From Octopus vulgaris (taxonomy: Eukaryota), in the NCBI GenBank assembly GCA_951406725.2, contig OX597822.1, positions 89,590,001 through 89,654,000 on the forward strand: a stretch of 64,000 nt of DNA, given 5' to 3'. A model generated the notes under the pieces. It worked only from the letters and a program-made list of their open reading frames with translations. It did not search any database and had not been told where the DNA came from. Positions 51,411-64,000 of this stretch are shown piece by piece. Numbering within the stretch: the stretch's first letter is position 1; every line of letters starts with the position of its first letter. The position numbers and the translations under genes were made by a program.

Positions 51411-54400
51411 TTCAAAATTGATTTGTTCCATTCTGTCTTGAATTTGATTTTTCATTTTTTTTTCTTTTTCTTTTTTCTTATATGATTGCAGAAAGTGAGT
51501 CTGTTTCAGATGAAACTATCTATTGAAAAAAAACAATACACTGAAGAAAAAATTAAAAAGGAAGAAAATTTACATAGTACACTCATTTTGAACATTTAAA
51601 ACATTCAAAATGAGTGTATTACACAATTTTTTTAAAAATCTTTTCTTCATTATACTGTTTTTTTTTCAATGGATATTTTCATCTGAAATAGACCCGCTTT
51701 CTGTAACCATGAAAAGCAGAAAAGAAAACTCAAATTCAACGTGTAATTCCAGAACACAAAATCTATTTTTTTATCAACTTCCCATATTATATAGAAGTCA
51801 ATGGAAAAAAAGATTTTGTGATGTGGAATTCCATATTGTTGCAAGATTTTCATGAAGGCAACATTTCTGTAATACAGATGGTACCTGTAACATGAAAAAG
51901 GAAGTTTAGAAGTTAAAGTAAAACACTGGAACCATGTGGGAATCCCTTGATATATGCAATGTAAGAAATAGTCGATATCCCAATTTATATATATATATAG
52001 TCTTTGTTTCAGTACTAGAGTTACTTATATAACCACAGTTTTGCATTTATTTGAAACTTTTAAGTTTACAAAAATATAATTTCAGTATTTTATAATATCC
52101 TGTGTCAAGTTACATACATTGAGGACTCTTCTTCATACCTTTCTAAAGGATATTATATATAAGATTATAGTCTTTAGAAGTTAACTTTCCTTCAAGTCTG
52201 ATTAAAAAAAATTTTTTTTTTTTACTTGAATATGATTTCAGATGAAGTAAAATTTCAAATATTTGATATACAATCTCTTTATAAGCAGTTTATCCTATGT
52301 TGTGTGTGTTAATATGTATAGATTATTTCTCCTACTTACATGGAACAGTTCAGATACAGTTGACCATGAAAGAAACCATGACTATATTAGATGTAGTAGA
52401 TAGTTTCTATTACCTGTGCAACCTAACTGGTGTAATTCGTAGTCAAAGTATATTTTTGGGAGCTATTAACAAGGTATTTTTCAGGCAAATGGAAAACTGT
52501 ATGATACATATGAAATTTAATACATACGAAATATGATACCTCATGGTAATGAACATGAGTACTTAATATAAAAAAAAAAAATGGAGGCTGGAGTAAGCTA
52601 AGTTATGCACGATCTATTTGATATGTAATATTAATTTGTATGACAAGTGGAATGTGAATGAACTGAAATGGCAGCTAGGTATTAGAGGTTTTAGCTAATG
52701 CATGCTTGGTGAAAAATTGCTGTATGGTGGCTGTGGACAGTATCCTTCACAGAGGAAGACACGGGAGGAAGCTGTGAGGTTAGATTTCAAAATGTGTTAC
52801 TGAAGAAATGACATTGTATGAAGTAGCAATTTACTCTTATGTTCAGAATGGAAAATAAACATTAAAACAACTGTTTAAAGCTGATCAAATGGAGGATAAA
52901 GGCTTTATTTCTATGCTACTGATAGAAGCTAGAATAGCTCTTACATAAATATATCATTGAATTAACTTAACAGATGTGTAATACTCAAGTATTCAAATAA
53001 ATGTTCTTATAAAACAGTATGTTAGTATTTTATGTTAGTATAGAATGCATTTAAAAATTATGAACTAGTCTAATATTTTAATAAAATAATCCAGTGATTT
53101 TCTTTGCTAACTGGATTTTAGTGGCTGTCTCAAACAAAAAAAAAATAGTCCAAACAAACTTACTTTATGATCTGGGTATTTGAGTGATTATATTTAAATA
53201 CTGTTATGTTAATTTTCTTATTGCAACTAAAACTAATGGATGTTGACAAAAGAATGACATACTAAAAGGTGTCCTGCTTTTTCTGTCCTTGCTCATCACA
53301 GTTCATTTAATAGATGATTATAGTAAGCGATTGTTTGAAATAATCCCTTCTGATTACTTAGTAATTCTATTGATTTCTTTTGACTCTCACTCTCCCTATT
53401 CTTTACTTTGCTTGCTACGTTTCATTACTCTAGTAGTCATTTAAAACATGCAGGTAAACTGAGACATTTCAGTAGTGAGCCAGCAAAATGAAGTTATCTT
53501 TTTTAAAAAAATTTCATCTAATTTAAATAGGATTTTGTCTTAATTCATTTCGTTATTGCTACTGGAGTATAATGGAGGTATGTTTATATCTGTATATAAT
53601 ACTGTTTTGTTGTTTTATTATATATCTCTAAAAAGCTAAATGATGAATTTGCTGTTTTTACAAAATTTATTTCTTTCATAAGGTACATAATTAGAATGTC
53701 ATTTAAAAAAAAAATAATAAATTTTAAAGTTGTTTTCTCAAGACATTTAAAAAAAAAATTCATACAGCATTCTATTTATTGACTACTGTTCATTATAGAT
53801 ATAAGCACATGGCTCACTAGTCAAAAGTATGAATTTTTAGGTCTGTAAAATATTGGTTTATTTGTGTTTATGTCTCTTAGATTTTATTTTCTTTTAGTTT
53901 TATCAGTTATGATTTATTGCCAATGAAAACCTACTTCACAACATCCCTATGATGTTATTATCTGTTATATGTATTATCTGTTATGTACCTTTACATGTCT
54001 TTGTAAGCTAGTGATAATTTTGAGTGCTGTTGTTGAAATTGTTATACAAAATTGAGTGTATTCATAATAGCATAAAAGTTTTATAATGTCAAAGTTTACT
54101 GCATCAATATCTGAGCTTAATCCTGTTAAAACTTTAATTTTTACTATTTGTGGATTGGGAAAATATGTACCAAGAATCAACTGTGGTAGACAGAGTTGTA
54201 GCTTTAAGCATTGTTTACAGATAATTATTATGAAGTAATTGCTTGGCTAGTATAAAATTGTTACAGCATAAATTAAAATTAAATCAATTTTGATACATAA
54301 ATAATTTATGTAGGCATAATTCTTTTCTTTATCTCATAAATGGTTGTGTGTGATGCTATAGAAGTTATTTTAGGAAACAATACACAATGTATGATATAAT

Positions 54401-56099
54401 GAGTAACAGAGATTTGTAATAAGCAATTTTTTTAAATATCACTAAGCTGGTTTTCTTCAGGTGTTACAGGCGGTGGCCATGTATCTCCTCTTCTGCAACA
54501 AATCTATTCCTGTCCCTCTGTCATATAGTATAAAGCTGCTTCCTTCTATACTATACTCCTGTTCGATTGAATAACTTGGTGACCTCACTAGTGCTGATAC
54601 CACTCTGTAAAGTGGTTAGCATTAGAAAGGACATCAAGCCAAAATCTTGCCAAAACAGACATTGGAGCTCTAAACTATCCTTTGACTTATCAGATCTTGT
54701 TGAACAGTCCAACCCATTCCAGCATAAAAGATGGATGTTTGATGATGATGATAATGATGTCACCATCATCATCATTTGTGACATTCCATTTTCCAGTTTT
54801 GTTTAATCTTAGTCTAAGGAGTCACTGTTTGGAAATGAAGGATACTGCTTGTATAGCAGTGGTGTCAAGACGAGGAGACACACACTCACACATATGATAG
54901 GCTTCTTTCAATTTCTGTCTCCTGAATCCACTCAAGACTTTAGTTGGCCCAGGGTTATAGTAAAAAAACACTTACCCCAAGTGTCATGCCACGAGTGGTC
55001 ACTTACATAAAATGACTTGTGTGAATGTGGCCTATCATTTCTATGTGGCCCTTCCGTTTTGTACTGGTGGTCATTGTTTACATACAGTTTCAGCAACTTT
55101 GTATTTGGCTAGAGACACTACATAATCTTTTGAGACCCTCTTGAGCTATCTGGGTTTTCTCAGAGATAGTTTTGAATATGTATTGTCAGATGTTACTTGT
55201 AACATATGAATTACTTCACTGCTTGAAGGTTGTTTTAAGATTGATGGAGAAGAATACAAGCTGACCAGACACCATGAACAGCTATATCCACCAAAAACAG
55301 AAAATGTCCACAATTAAAACAATAGTACAAACATCTCTAAATAAAATCCAGAAGGTAATGGCAGAGTAAAGCTTTGTGTATGTCCAGGGTATAACTTTAA
55401 ACTAAATGCTGTAGTGGGGCTCTGGTTCAGGAGTTCAAGGGTCTTGAGGAGTGTGGAACCACCTCTTAGCCACTATTGTCTCCAGGTCAACTCTGACCTA
55501 GAGTAGTAAGTAGCACCTGTCATGGTCCTGGTTGTGAGTTAACTAGCATATGTGATGACATTCCATTTCAGTGCAGAGATACAGACATACACTTGGTTGA
55601 TGTCAGAGCATAAAGTAAAGCCATTGGGAGTGAGGGACCTGTAGTTGTCATGAGAGGAACACATTGATGCAAAGCCTGCAATTTTATGTGATTATGGGCC
55701 ATCTTTCTTTGGCCTGTCACTCGGTTCTAATTCTGGTACTCATGTTCTACAAGTGTATATCACTGTAATCCAATGATGTACAAATGTCTCTTTATGGTGA
55801 TCTTATTTGTCATCCCATCTGCTGAAAGTCCTGCGGTGATTGGAAAATGTTGTAACTTACTTTGCAGAAGCACATTGTAAGTTCCAACTTATGTATGTTG
55901 TTACCTATGCTTCAAACCATGCAGATGTGCAACAGAACTAAATAGTCGAGCCTGGTGCAGCCATCTGGTTCGCCAGCCCTCAGTCAAAATCGTCCAACCC
56001 ATGCTAGCATGGAAAGCAGACGTTAAATGATGATGATGATGAGAGTCATGGATGAAAAGTCAGAAATGACGCACTGACAATGAGGAAGAACAAGGAGAC

Positions 56100-57960
56100 A
56101 GCAATCATCTGTGAATATGGTGCAATCACCATGTGTGTTATATGTATATGTCTTCTTGGTTTTCCCTCTTCCATAAACTCTACTTATGCAGCTGTCATCA
56201 CCCATATATACCACCACATGTGCAGTCTTCTTTCGTGCACACTACATCCGATTCCTCTTATGCCCAGTTTTACTCTCAGCACATCCAACAGCATATGCTC
56301 ACTTCACTTCTTTTCCAGTTTTCTCAAGTCCTCTTATGCTTAAAACCCATCTATCACTACCATACAGCATTACAATTCTAACACAAGCATCATACAATCT
56401 GCCCTTCACCCTGTGGGGAATAAACCTTTGTTGCCAACAGTGGTAGTAGCTCTTTCAACTTTCTCTAACCCACTTTTACTCTGGCTACTATTCTTTTGGA
56501 GCAGCCACCTCCCTCGCTAATTACATCCCTTAGGTGATAAAAGCTATCAACTACTACTAGTTAGCCATCCAGGCATTCAAAAGAGTCCAGTGTGTTCATA
56601 GTATGTACTGTTCCAGTGCATCTGTCACATACAAAACTGTTTTCATAGCTTATATGGTGTACAGTTTATGGAATTTATTCGTACTCCTTTCCCTGAAGAT
56701 ACCAGGGTCCTGTCTTCATTCTTACTAAAGCCTTTGTCTTGATTAAGTTTATCGTAAGACGTCTTGATTCTAGGTTCCATGCCCAGAATATCCTCTTAAA
56801 TTCCCCTATGAGAACTAGATCATCAGCATATAGGAGTTCTCGTGGATAATATATGAAGGAAAATAGGATTATAAGCTCTGGAATAAGCAAGTGCCCAAGA
56901 ACTGAAGGATTGCAATTTTCTAGTTGGATCACATTCTATTTTTGTACTCTGAAAATTATGTGTTCTCTTAGTCACATTCTTCATCATCATCTGTTTTCCA
57001 TATTGGTATGGGTTGGACAGTTTGACGGGAGGTAGCAAGCCAGAGAGCTAACCAGGCTCCAATTGTCTGGGTGCTTTTTATGTGGCATCAGTACAGGTTT
57101 TTTTACATAACACTTGCACAGGCACTTTTTACATGACACCAGCACCAGTGGGATTGCCAAGTAACTTTCACAACAAAAGCCACTTAGTTGAGAGAGGGAG
57201 TGGAACCAAGGGAAGTGGCTGTGTGCCAGGCAAGAGGTCAAAGTATGATAGAAGGACAGACATGGTTGTCTTATTATAGAGGAGATATTTGACTACCCCA
57301 GCAGGAGAAGGAAGGTAGGAAAGAGATAGAGAGCCAGAATGAGAGAGAGAGAGAGAAATAGATGGTGTTGGAGAGTATTGGGGCCTACCCATAGTGAACA
57401 GGGGTGGGTTTATAAATAGTATAAAGGGGATAGAGAGGGGGCTATCTGATATAGTTCTCTACTGTCGCCCCTCTTCCAAGCCTGTTTCTTTACACTAATG
57501 ACCCTGTCTGATACAATGTTCCACCACCATAGGTTGAATGGGGCTTTGCACCAGCCACAGATTTGGTCAGTAGCTTTCATTAATTTGTTTTATAAGAACT
57601 TCCAGTTGTCCTCAATGCTATATGTCACTATCCCCTCTTTGCCAAATGCTTCAATTAAAATGTTTTTAAATTTCTAACTATTGAGAGGATCCTTTAGTTT
57701 CCAGATCTTTCTCTTTCAGATTGGTTTGCTTCTTGGAATCCTTGTAACCCAAAGTATGATGTCACTAATGACTAATGAGCGCACTCTTCACCTAGGAAGG
57801 TCTTTACATTTATAAGCAACTACTTTCCCTGGTTTCTGTCGAGAGTGTAGTCAATCGGGCTTGTGTGGCCACTAGATTGGTAGGTGAACAGGTGACTGGC
57901 TGGTTTCCTGAAGTTAGTGTTGCAGATCATTTGTATCGCAGGACTCCAGTAGCTTATTTC
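56100..57960 (-). mobile_element. Cluster of old RTE fragments (56100-56840, 56983-57150, 57450-57960)
   Basis: ELLYADDLVL, a 3' terminus with CAT tail, and endonuclease-end motifs (ICNTNFRKPASHLFTYQS, IDY). Confidence 0.75.
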
Positions 57961-58547
57961 CCTCCTCATTGCAGGAACCGACTCCAAATAGAGTACAAAA
58001 AGAGTAATGTAGTGCATAGAGACATACACACAGAGAGACATACATATGTATGTACCTGATATATATGTCATGATTTCTAAAGTTTTAGTCTTTTTCTTCT
58101 AGATTAGGGTTAGATATTGCAATATTATAATGTTAAAAGTTCTGTATCTTTTTAATATCCTCCCTCAAACCATGAATCTCCATGGTGTGGATAACAACAC
58201 TTTATGGTGTAGATATTAACACTTGTATAATATACTGCACAATACTTTGAATGAACTTACATCACATGAAACCAGTATGAAACTCTCTTGATCCATCAAA
58301 AAGAAGCACATGAAAAGTTGATTAAATAAGGGAAGAGTTAAAAATTAGATATACTGTATTGGTTCGTGAAGCGTGAGATGAGATTCTGCTGGGATTCGAT
58401 TATATTGCTGGAAAATATGTGCAATCTCCTATTTAAAATGAAAGTGATGTAACAAGGTGAGATGGGGGGGGGACTTATAATAGAAAATAAATTATTGTGG
58501 AGAAATAACTAACAAGTGTGCTAATTGTTAAGTTGTCCTTTTTACAG

Positions 58548-58654
58548 ATTAAAGATGATTATGCTGGCTACCCTTTGAATATGTTCTGTGTTCCTAAACA
58601 TTATGAAGCTGATTTGACTGATATTATGATACCTGCAGGACTCATTAATGACAG
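58548..58654 (+). CDS. HPRT: HPRT coding exon 2 (107 nt)
   Basis: tttacag acceptor and GTAAGT donor. Reads IKDDYAGYPLNMFCVPKHYEADLTDIMIPAGLIND+AG, versus human [36 protein letters not shown]. Same 107-nt length. Confidence 0.95.
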
Positions 58655-58936
58655 GTAAGTGTAATCTAATTTAACCATAGCTATGTTTTTAATTGTTCAT
58701 CAAAATAGCATGTGATATTATCTATTTTCCTTTATTCCATAGCCTTAATTCTATTTCTTTTTCCAGTGCAGCAGATTTTGTATCTCTACACTTTCTACAT
58801 TCTTGTGGCAATGCTGTATAATGTGTATTTTACTTGCTAGCTGTAAAATGCACATTATATGTATTTTTTCTGCTGATTTTTATTATAAATGAATTAACTT
58901 TCATTGATTTATTAATTTAGTGTTTAGAGCCATTAA

Positions 58937-59697
58937 CCCTTTCATTACCATACTGCCCAAAACCAGCTGAATGACCTATATTTTAATGGATATTTTGTAA
59001 AAACATAATTTTACCATGTAAACAATCAAGTTACACTGTCCTTCATTTTTGTACTTGCTATCAGAGTGCTATGAATTTTTGGAGATTTTTTTTTCCCATT
59101 TTTTTCCACTTCAATCTTCTGAAATGTTTTGCTACAGAATGAAAATTGATACCGTTTCATGTAGTTAAACTGCAAGTTTGAATTCAAAGTATTTTCAAAA
59201 GGAGACAAAGAAAAGTTCAAGAAAATATACAACAAACGTAAAAACCCCGTGTATGATTATGAATCAGATATTTCTTTTTCTGAAAGTGAAAAAATACCAG
59301 CAATAATTTAGATAGCGATAAATATAAAAAAATGGAAATCAAACCTGAATTTAGTAAGAATTTAAAAACTGTTTATCTTAGTTATTTTTTGGGAGATATA
59401 TTAGATCTAGTTTCAGTCTTTGCAAAAAAACAATACCATTAGATTATTTTTTTTACTTTTTCCTTTGGATCGATTATTGCAGAAACAAGTTGTCATGCAA
59501 AACATAAACAAAGAGGTAAAAAAAAATATTTTGAGGTTTCCTGCACACTTGGAAGAAAGTTAGAAATACAAGCACTTTTAGGAATATTTTGTGTGTGTGT
59601 AAATAAACAAGTCAGAGATGTCTGAATTCATGATTATTTTAAAATTTGAAACACATAAGGGGTGTATTTCGGTTAGAAATATAGTAACAAAAGGGTT
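58937..59697. mobile_element. Non-autonomous piggyBac-like element in HPRT intron 2
   Basis: TTAA|CCCTTTCATTACCATA ... TATAGTAACAAAAGGG|TTTA. The left end is homologous to 5243 (TTAA|CCCTTTCGTTACCAAACTGCCC). Confidence 0.7.
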
Positions 59698-59892
59698 TAT
59701 GTGTATATTTTCACTTCACTTGTTTTTGTGTATGAGTTGAATAGTTCCTAAAATTTGGACAACTGTTTATTTTTATAATTGTGTACCAATGATTGACCAT
59801 ATAATCGAGTCATGTCTTCAGTTGCATGTGAAATCAATCATGTGGTATCTTGGAAATTCAAGAATTTTCAAATCTATATGTATAAGTCAGTT

Positions 59893-60300
59893 ACTCTTTT
59901 ACTCTCTCTACTCTTTTACTTGTTTCAGTCATTTGACTGTGGCTATGCTGGAGCACTGCCTTTAATCGAGCAAATCGACCCCGGGACTTATTCTTTGTAA
60001 GCCCAGTACTTATTCTATCGGCCTCTTTTTTTTTTTTGCCAAACCGTTAAATGACAGGGACGTAAACACACCAGCATCAGTTGTCAAGCAATGCTAGGGG
60101 GACAAACACAGACACGCAAACACACACACACATACATATATACGACAGGCTTCTTTCAGTTTCCGTCTACCAAATCCACTCACAAGGCATTGGTCGGCCC
60201 GGGGCTATAGCAGAAGACACTTGCCCAAGATGCCACGCAGTGGGACTGAACCCGGAACCATGTGGTTGGTTAGCAAGCTACTTACCACACAACCACTCCT
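59893..60300 (-). mobile_element. Full-length tRNA-derived SINE (family of 26463) in HPRT intron 2
   Basis: Reverse complement aligns along the whole 26463-26860 element. Confidence 0.9.
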
Positions 60301-61078
60301 AAGTTGTTTTTTTTCTCATGTTCTGAAATTCAGTTTATTAATTACTTAAAACATTACAAATGTTTAGAAATCTTCAATTAAGTATATACAGGGATATTAG
60401 AATCTGTGTTTGCTCCATCACTGAGAATTGTATATCTTACAATAGCTGTGGTATTGTACCTCTGGATAGACAATATTGTTTTAACTATCTCAGTTTATCC
60501 AACTGTCAATTAGATTCACTCGTATTTTATGACATGATGTTAAAAGAAAGAAGGGCTCCAGCATTAAAACCTATTAGTCTTACAATATGTAACTATTCAG
60601 ATGCGTAGTGTTTTGCTTAAGCTAGCTTGGGAAAAAGTTTGTGTATGCGCGCATGTGTGTAGATGAATTGATCAATCAGAAAACTTTAGCTGAAAGGTGA
60701 TGTGAGATTGTGGTCTTAGGATGTTCCTTAGCATTTGGAATATAGTTGTACATTTCTTTTGTAATGTTGTCATCAAATGATTTTCCTTATTTTGTGTTAT
60801 TATTGGTCATATTCTTTAGACTGATAATGTTAAAATGAATAAATAAAATAAATGAAACTAGGAATTTAATGAAGTAATTTATGTAGTTAGTATGTGGAAG
60901 GAACAATTATTATATAAACAAAACTCAGCTTTATTCAAACATGACTTATGAAGTAATTACAGTGGGATATCTGCTGCTGTAAGTAATTCAAAAACCATAG
61001 GGGCTGTTGTCTTATATTTTTATTTAAATGATGTTTATCCTTATCTAAAAATACATTTTATATTATATAATTTTATAG

Positions 61079-61271
61079 AATTGAACGAATAGCTCGTGAT
61101 ATTGTTCAAGATATAATCCCTCAAGAAAATCAAGGAATTGTGGTTCTGTGTGTACTAAAAGGAGGCTATAAGTTCTTTGCTGATTTGTTAGATAAGATTA
61201 AACAGTTAAATCGCAACAGTGAAGAATCCATCCCAATTTCTATTGATTTCATCCGTTTACAAAGCTATAAG
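61079..61271 (+). CDS. HPRT: HPRT coding exon 3 (193 nt); gene continues beyond the window end
   Basis: ttttatag acceptor and GTAAGT donor. Reads (R)[64 protein letters not shown], containing the HPRT-family [13 protein letters not shown] and DFIRLxSY motifs. Confidence 0.96.
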
Positions 61272-62989
61272 GTAAGTAATCCATATCAAATTACTGCTGA
61301 AAAAAATGATAAATAAAAATAAAGAAATAATTTTTTATGAAGAATATACTGAAATTCCTTAGTTTTAAATTTCTAAAATATATTTTTCTGTAATTTGAAC
61401 CAGATAAATCTTCAAAATTGCCTTTCCATCTATCTCACTCATTTAAGTATGGAAAAGTGGATATCAAAATGATTATTATAATAATGATGATGATTTGTCT
61501 GTGTGTGTTAGTATATATATGTTTGATTGATTCTAGTTTCAGCTCACGAGCTGTGGCCATATATCATTATCATCATTTAAGGTGTATTTTCCATGCTAGC
61601 ATGGGTTGGATGGTTTGACTGGATACAGTGAGCCACAGAGATGTGCCAAACTCCAGTGTCAGCTTTGGTATGGTTTCTACAGCTGGATGCCCTTCCTAAT
61701 GCCAACTATGTTAGTGTGTATTGGGTACTTTTTCATGTCACTGGCACAAGTGTGGTTACCATGTAACTTGCAAGAGAATGATAGCAGAAAATCTCCCACT
61801 ACTAGATGATGGAGAGTGATTTGAATGTGATGAAGTGGCTTTAAGCCAAGGCTAAGTATGGTAGAGGGACAAACATAGGTGACCTACTACAGAAGGGATA
61901 CATTGCTACTGCACATTATATAGGGATTTACCATGCCCCTGAAAATCCAGGAAACACTGTTGTGAAGTGTATGATAATAACCAGTTAATAATTCAGAAGT
62001 GAGAAGTAACAAATATTTAATCCTGTATGTTCTCATACACATTCAATTTAAAGGTGCATACTTCATGTATATGTATTAATATATGTGCACACATAACAAC
62101 ATAATGTTATACTGAAGAGAACTTTTCCTCAGAAAAGTTTCAGGACTGTACATATTGATTTCTAACATACAAGGTGAAAGCAACTCAATTTACAAGATTA
62201 GCAGGATGAAAAAAATTCTTATGTAACCAAAGAACTTTTTATAAGTATGTGTGTGTGTACACAAACACACACACATGAGCGCTCAAAGAGGCAGCCAGTA
62301 AATTAGAGGCTAAGAGTTCTACTTGAAGCATCTGATGAATGAGGAGATAAAATGTAGAGGAAAACTGGGAGTTTCTACTGGATAACTTGCTAAAGACCAT
62401 GGACCAGATGTGTAGTCAGAGCAAGGATTCAGTTTGTGGCACAGCTGGAGTTAATGTCTGCTCCAGGTGATACTTTTATAAGAATGGCACTTTTGGGTCT
62501 GCTGTATATACCTATGTAGAGGGCAGGAAGAGGCATCAAACTCAATGGGTATCCTGGGCTGACCACACTCTAGCTTTATCACTGGCCTCAGACAGACAAA
62601 ATGTGGCATAGTGGTAGGATAGTATTGTTCATAAGGTTATAAATGATGAGACAAGCTTTGGCAAACTGGATGAAAGGAGATGACAGGAGTAAAAGTTTGA
62701 CATCAGGTAGAATTGCACATGCTTTTTTGGTGCACAGATCAGATTTGCAAGGTGTTCAAAATAGCAAGATAGTGTACTAGAGACAATTAAGCTCTCATCA
62801 GAGAGTAGTTTAATCACACACTGACACTGAAAAGAAAGAGGTGTGAAACTGCATGTGACAATTGCATGGGAGAGCCAGAGTTTACCCCAAGTAGACCAAA
62901 GAGAGTGAATTGACCATTCAGGTTGACAGTAGTATGGTAGATAAGGCAGGTAAGGATGTGATGGCAAGGAAAGCATCTAGCCCATAGAA

Positions 62990-63720
62990 AATAGTTGCTG
63001 AGATCCTTAAAATATTAAGTGAGGTAGGCTATGGTTTAATCACCTGAATAGTCAGTCAGGTAATACCAGTGACTGTTGTAGCAGCATTATTGCAAACTGT
63101 TATAAAATCAGAGATACTCTGGACAGATGAAATTACAGAGACATCAAACTGTTGGACCAGGTCATAAAAGTTACAGAAAGAGTTTTCAAAATTGATTTGG
63201 AACAGGATTAGCCAAGATGAGATACTGCTTAGTTTATCTTCATAGTGAGACAGCTGCAAGAAAAAGACTTAGCTAGAAGTAATAAGTAATCCTCTGTACC
63301 TGGTATTTGTTGATGTGGAGAAGGCTTTAAACAGGGTGCCTTGCTTTGTCATCTGGTGGGCACTTGGGAGTTAAGGGTAGATGAATGACTAGGGAGGGAT
63401 GTACAAGATATGTACATAGATGCAGCCAGCAAGGTGAGAGTTAATGAGTTCAGTAATGAATTTAGTATGCAGGTAGGGTTCCATCAGAGTTCAGTCCTCA
63501 GACCTTTCTTTTTTATTATAATCCTCCAAGTCATAACAGAGGAGTTCAAAAGTGGATGTCCCTGGGAACTTCTGTATGCTAATGACCTTGTTTTACAGTG
63601 AAATCTGTGGAGGATTTGAAGAAGAAATTCCAAACATGGTAGCAAAACCTGGAATTGAGGCATCTTAAGGTAAACTTAACCAAGACTAAAGCTATACGTA
63701 GAAAATAAGGAAAAACTGAT
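62990..63720 (+). mobile_element. Degenerate RTE RT fragment in HPRT intron 3 (an RTE 3' tip also lies on minus at ~61565-61750)
   Basis: FVDVEKA, VGFHQSSVL and FKSGCPWELLYAND motifs. Confidence 0.82.
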
Positions 63721-64000
63721 GCCATTAGGAAAATCACCCCTACCACTTCATCCCTCCCTTTCTCACTAACACCTGATACTAATCTTTGACTCCTTTCCCC
63801 TTTTCTTTCCATACACTTTCTTCTCTGTTTCTCTCTTTGCTATGATGCTGTCCCAACTATACATTTGTTCCCCTTATAATTTTAGCCTCTCTCTGTGTCC
63901 CCCTCTGTCTTTTATTCTTTTTTTAGTCATAGAAGCCTCTTTGTGACCTTTAGACTTGGACTTGACACAATGACCTCACTAGTGTTGGTGCCACAAAAAA

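Overview
AT-rich, intron-rich animal genomic DNA, not prokaryotic. The SINE/RTE repeat complement and (TA)n-rich arrays suggest an octopus (coleoid cephalopod); this is an inference. Two spliced genes, both missed by the ORF track, sit head-to-head about 23 kb apart. On the minus strand are the first three coding exons of a BRCA1 orthologue (RING domain; 18244-18308, 11746-11799, 1048-1122). On the plus strand are the first three coding exons of HPRT (41481-41534, 58548-58654, 61079-61271). Both keep the vertebrate intron positions and phases and both run off the window. The rest is mostly mobile DNA: many RTE-clade LINE copies (with a PHD finger inside the RT and a hairpin array in the 3' UTR), tRNA-derived SINEs, two non-autonomous Helitrons, Penelope-like remnants with minimal hammerhead ribozymes, CR1 and mariner relics, several MITEs/foldbacks, and long microsatellites. 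The most unusual signals are a tRNA-like Pol III head coupled to a hammerhead inside a Penelope-like terminal repeat, a near-intact minimal hammerhead, a chimeric Helitron, a loopless ~150-bp palindrome and a candidate 3-nt microexon in HPRT intron 1. All calls come from manual reading; no database searches were run, and boundaries of degenerate repeats are approximate.
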